From: Acidobacteriota bacterium
GTDB lineage: Bacteria > Acidobacteriota > Thermoanaerobaculia > Multivoradales > JAHEKO01
DNA length: 64,000 nt
Direction of reading: 5' to 3'
Assembly (NCBI GenBank): GCA_029862975.1
Contig: JAOTWP010000001.1
Coordinates: forward strand, 11,676-75,675
Shown here piece after piece: positions 63,182 through 64,000 of this stretch. The translations under genes and the position numbers were made by a program. The notes beneath the pieces were generated by a model. That model saw only the letters and a list, made by a program, of their open reading frames with translations, made no database searches and was not told the origin of the DNA. The first letter of the stretch is position 1. Each line of letters starts with the position of its first letter.

Positions 63182-64000
63182 GAAGCTCGCCTTCGACAAG
63201 CTGCTCTTCACCGTCGTGATCGTGCTCCTGGGCGTGGGGCTGACGATGGTCTTCTCGGCCAGCTCGGCGCTGGCCCGCGACCGGCACGACGGCCCGAACC
63301 CCTATCTCTTCAAGCAGGCGGGGGCGGCCGCCGTCGGCCTCGTGGGGATGTGGCTGGTGATGCATCTCGACTACCGCCGGCTGCGGCAGATGCCGGCGGC
63401 CTACTTCAGCCTCTTCGCGGTGCTCGCGCTGCTGGTCCTGGCGCTCTTCCAGCCCGCCCTCAACGGCACCAGGCGCTGGGTCTTCGTCGGCGGCATGTCG
63501 CTCCAGCCGTCGGAGCTGGCCAAGATCGCCGTCGTCCTCTACGTCGCCTACCAGGTGGCGCGGCATGAGGAGCGCGCCCACGTCTACGAGCTCCTCGTGC
63601 CGTGCACGGTGGCCGTGGGAGCGCTCGCCGGCCTGATCGTGATGCAGCCCGACCTGGGCACGGCCGGCGTCGTCGCGCTGGTCGGCGCCACGATGCTGTT
63701 CCTCGCCGGAATCCCCTGGCGCTTCTTTGCCGGCGGCCTGGCGGCGCTCGCGCCGCTCGTCTACCTGGCGGTGCGGCTCGAGCCCTACCGCTGGCAACGG
63801 GTCACCGCGTTCCTCGACCCGGAGCGCCATCTGCTCGGCGCCGGCTTCCAGGCGGACCAGTCGCTGGTCGCCGTGGGGTCGGGAGGCATCCTCGGGCTGG
63901 GTCTCGGCGACAGCGTGCAGAAGCTCTACTACCTGCCGCATCCGGAGTCCGACTTCATCTACTCGATCGTGGCCGAGGAGCTGGGCCTCGTCGGCGCCGC
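63174..64000 (+). CDS. ftsW: SEDS-family peptidoglycan polymerase FtsW, 3' end outside window
   Basis: MAKKLAFDKLLFTVVIVLLGVGLTMVFSAS.., QPSELAKI, PESDFIYSIVAEELG. Frame open to the window end; not in the ORF track because there is no stop. Confidence 0.85.
   Translation, partial: MAKKLAFDKLLFTVVIVLLGVGLTMVFSASSALARDRHDGPNPYLFKQAGAAAVGLVGMWLVMHLDYRRLRQMPAAYFSLFAVLALLVLALFQPALNGTRRWVFVGGMSLQPSELAKIAVVLYVAYQVARHEERAHVYELLVPCTVAVGALAGLIVMQPDLGTAGVVALVGATMLFLAGIPWRFFAGGLAALAPLVYLAVRLEPYRWQRVTAFLDPERHLLGAGFQADQSLVAVGSGGILGLGLGDSVQKLYYLPHPESDFIYSIVAEELGLVGA

Overview
This is a very GC-rich window from a diderm (Gram-negative-type) bacterium; I cannot assign a taxon from the sequence alone. It is densely coded, and many adjacent genes are joined by 4-nt GTGA/ATGA start-stop overlaps.

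Content in order:
- (1) 5'-truncated sigma-54-dependent response regulator (PilR/NtrC-like).
- (2) Minus-strand minor-pilin operon: fimT-like, pilV-, pilW-, pilX-, pilY1-like, then a non-pilin secreted protein. It has its own sigma-54 promoter.
- (3) Sensor kinase and prepilin peptidase pilD.
- (4) Monocistronic major pilin gene with a near-consensus sigma-54 promoter, a candidate enhancer palindrome and a strong intrinsic terminator.
- (5) An approximately 12 kb accessory-looking block (about 13.3-25.4 kb):
  - two membrane-anchored M20 hydrolase paralogs plus an M20 fragment;
  - three large polytopic, GT-C/YfhO-like membrane proteins;
  - a DegT-type aminotransferase;
  - a membrane-fused spermidine-synthase-like protein;
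  - a UbiA-family decaprenyl-phosphate phosphoribosyltransferase-like enzyme.
- (6) Biotin carboxylase and a BCCP-like gene.
- (7) Lipid A/core operon: waaA, lpxK, lpxL-like, GT9 heptosyltransferase.
- (8) ECF sigma, ZAS anti-sigma and an unusually small secretin-like protein. These lead into pilC, pilB, pilMNOP, a TPR-lipoprotein secretin with a cohesin-like C-terminus, and three GspG-like pseudopilins.
- (9) Housekeeping genes: dut, small genes, initiator tRNA-fMet, eno, ftsB, nhaA, mfd and two parvulin/SurA-type chaperones.
- (10) Start of the dcw cluster: mraZ, rsmH, ftsL, ftsI, murE, murF, mraY, murD and a 3'-truncated ftsW.

I saw no rRNA, CRISPR array, transposase or integrase.

The most interesting candidates are:
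- the pilA-adjacent periplasmic glycosylation-type island;
- the ECF/anti-sigma/mini-secretin module;
- the fused pilotin-secretin-cohesin protein;
- a set of short perfect tandem repeats in pilus-gene control regions.

All functional calls come from motif and family recognition by eye, not database searches.
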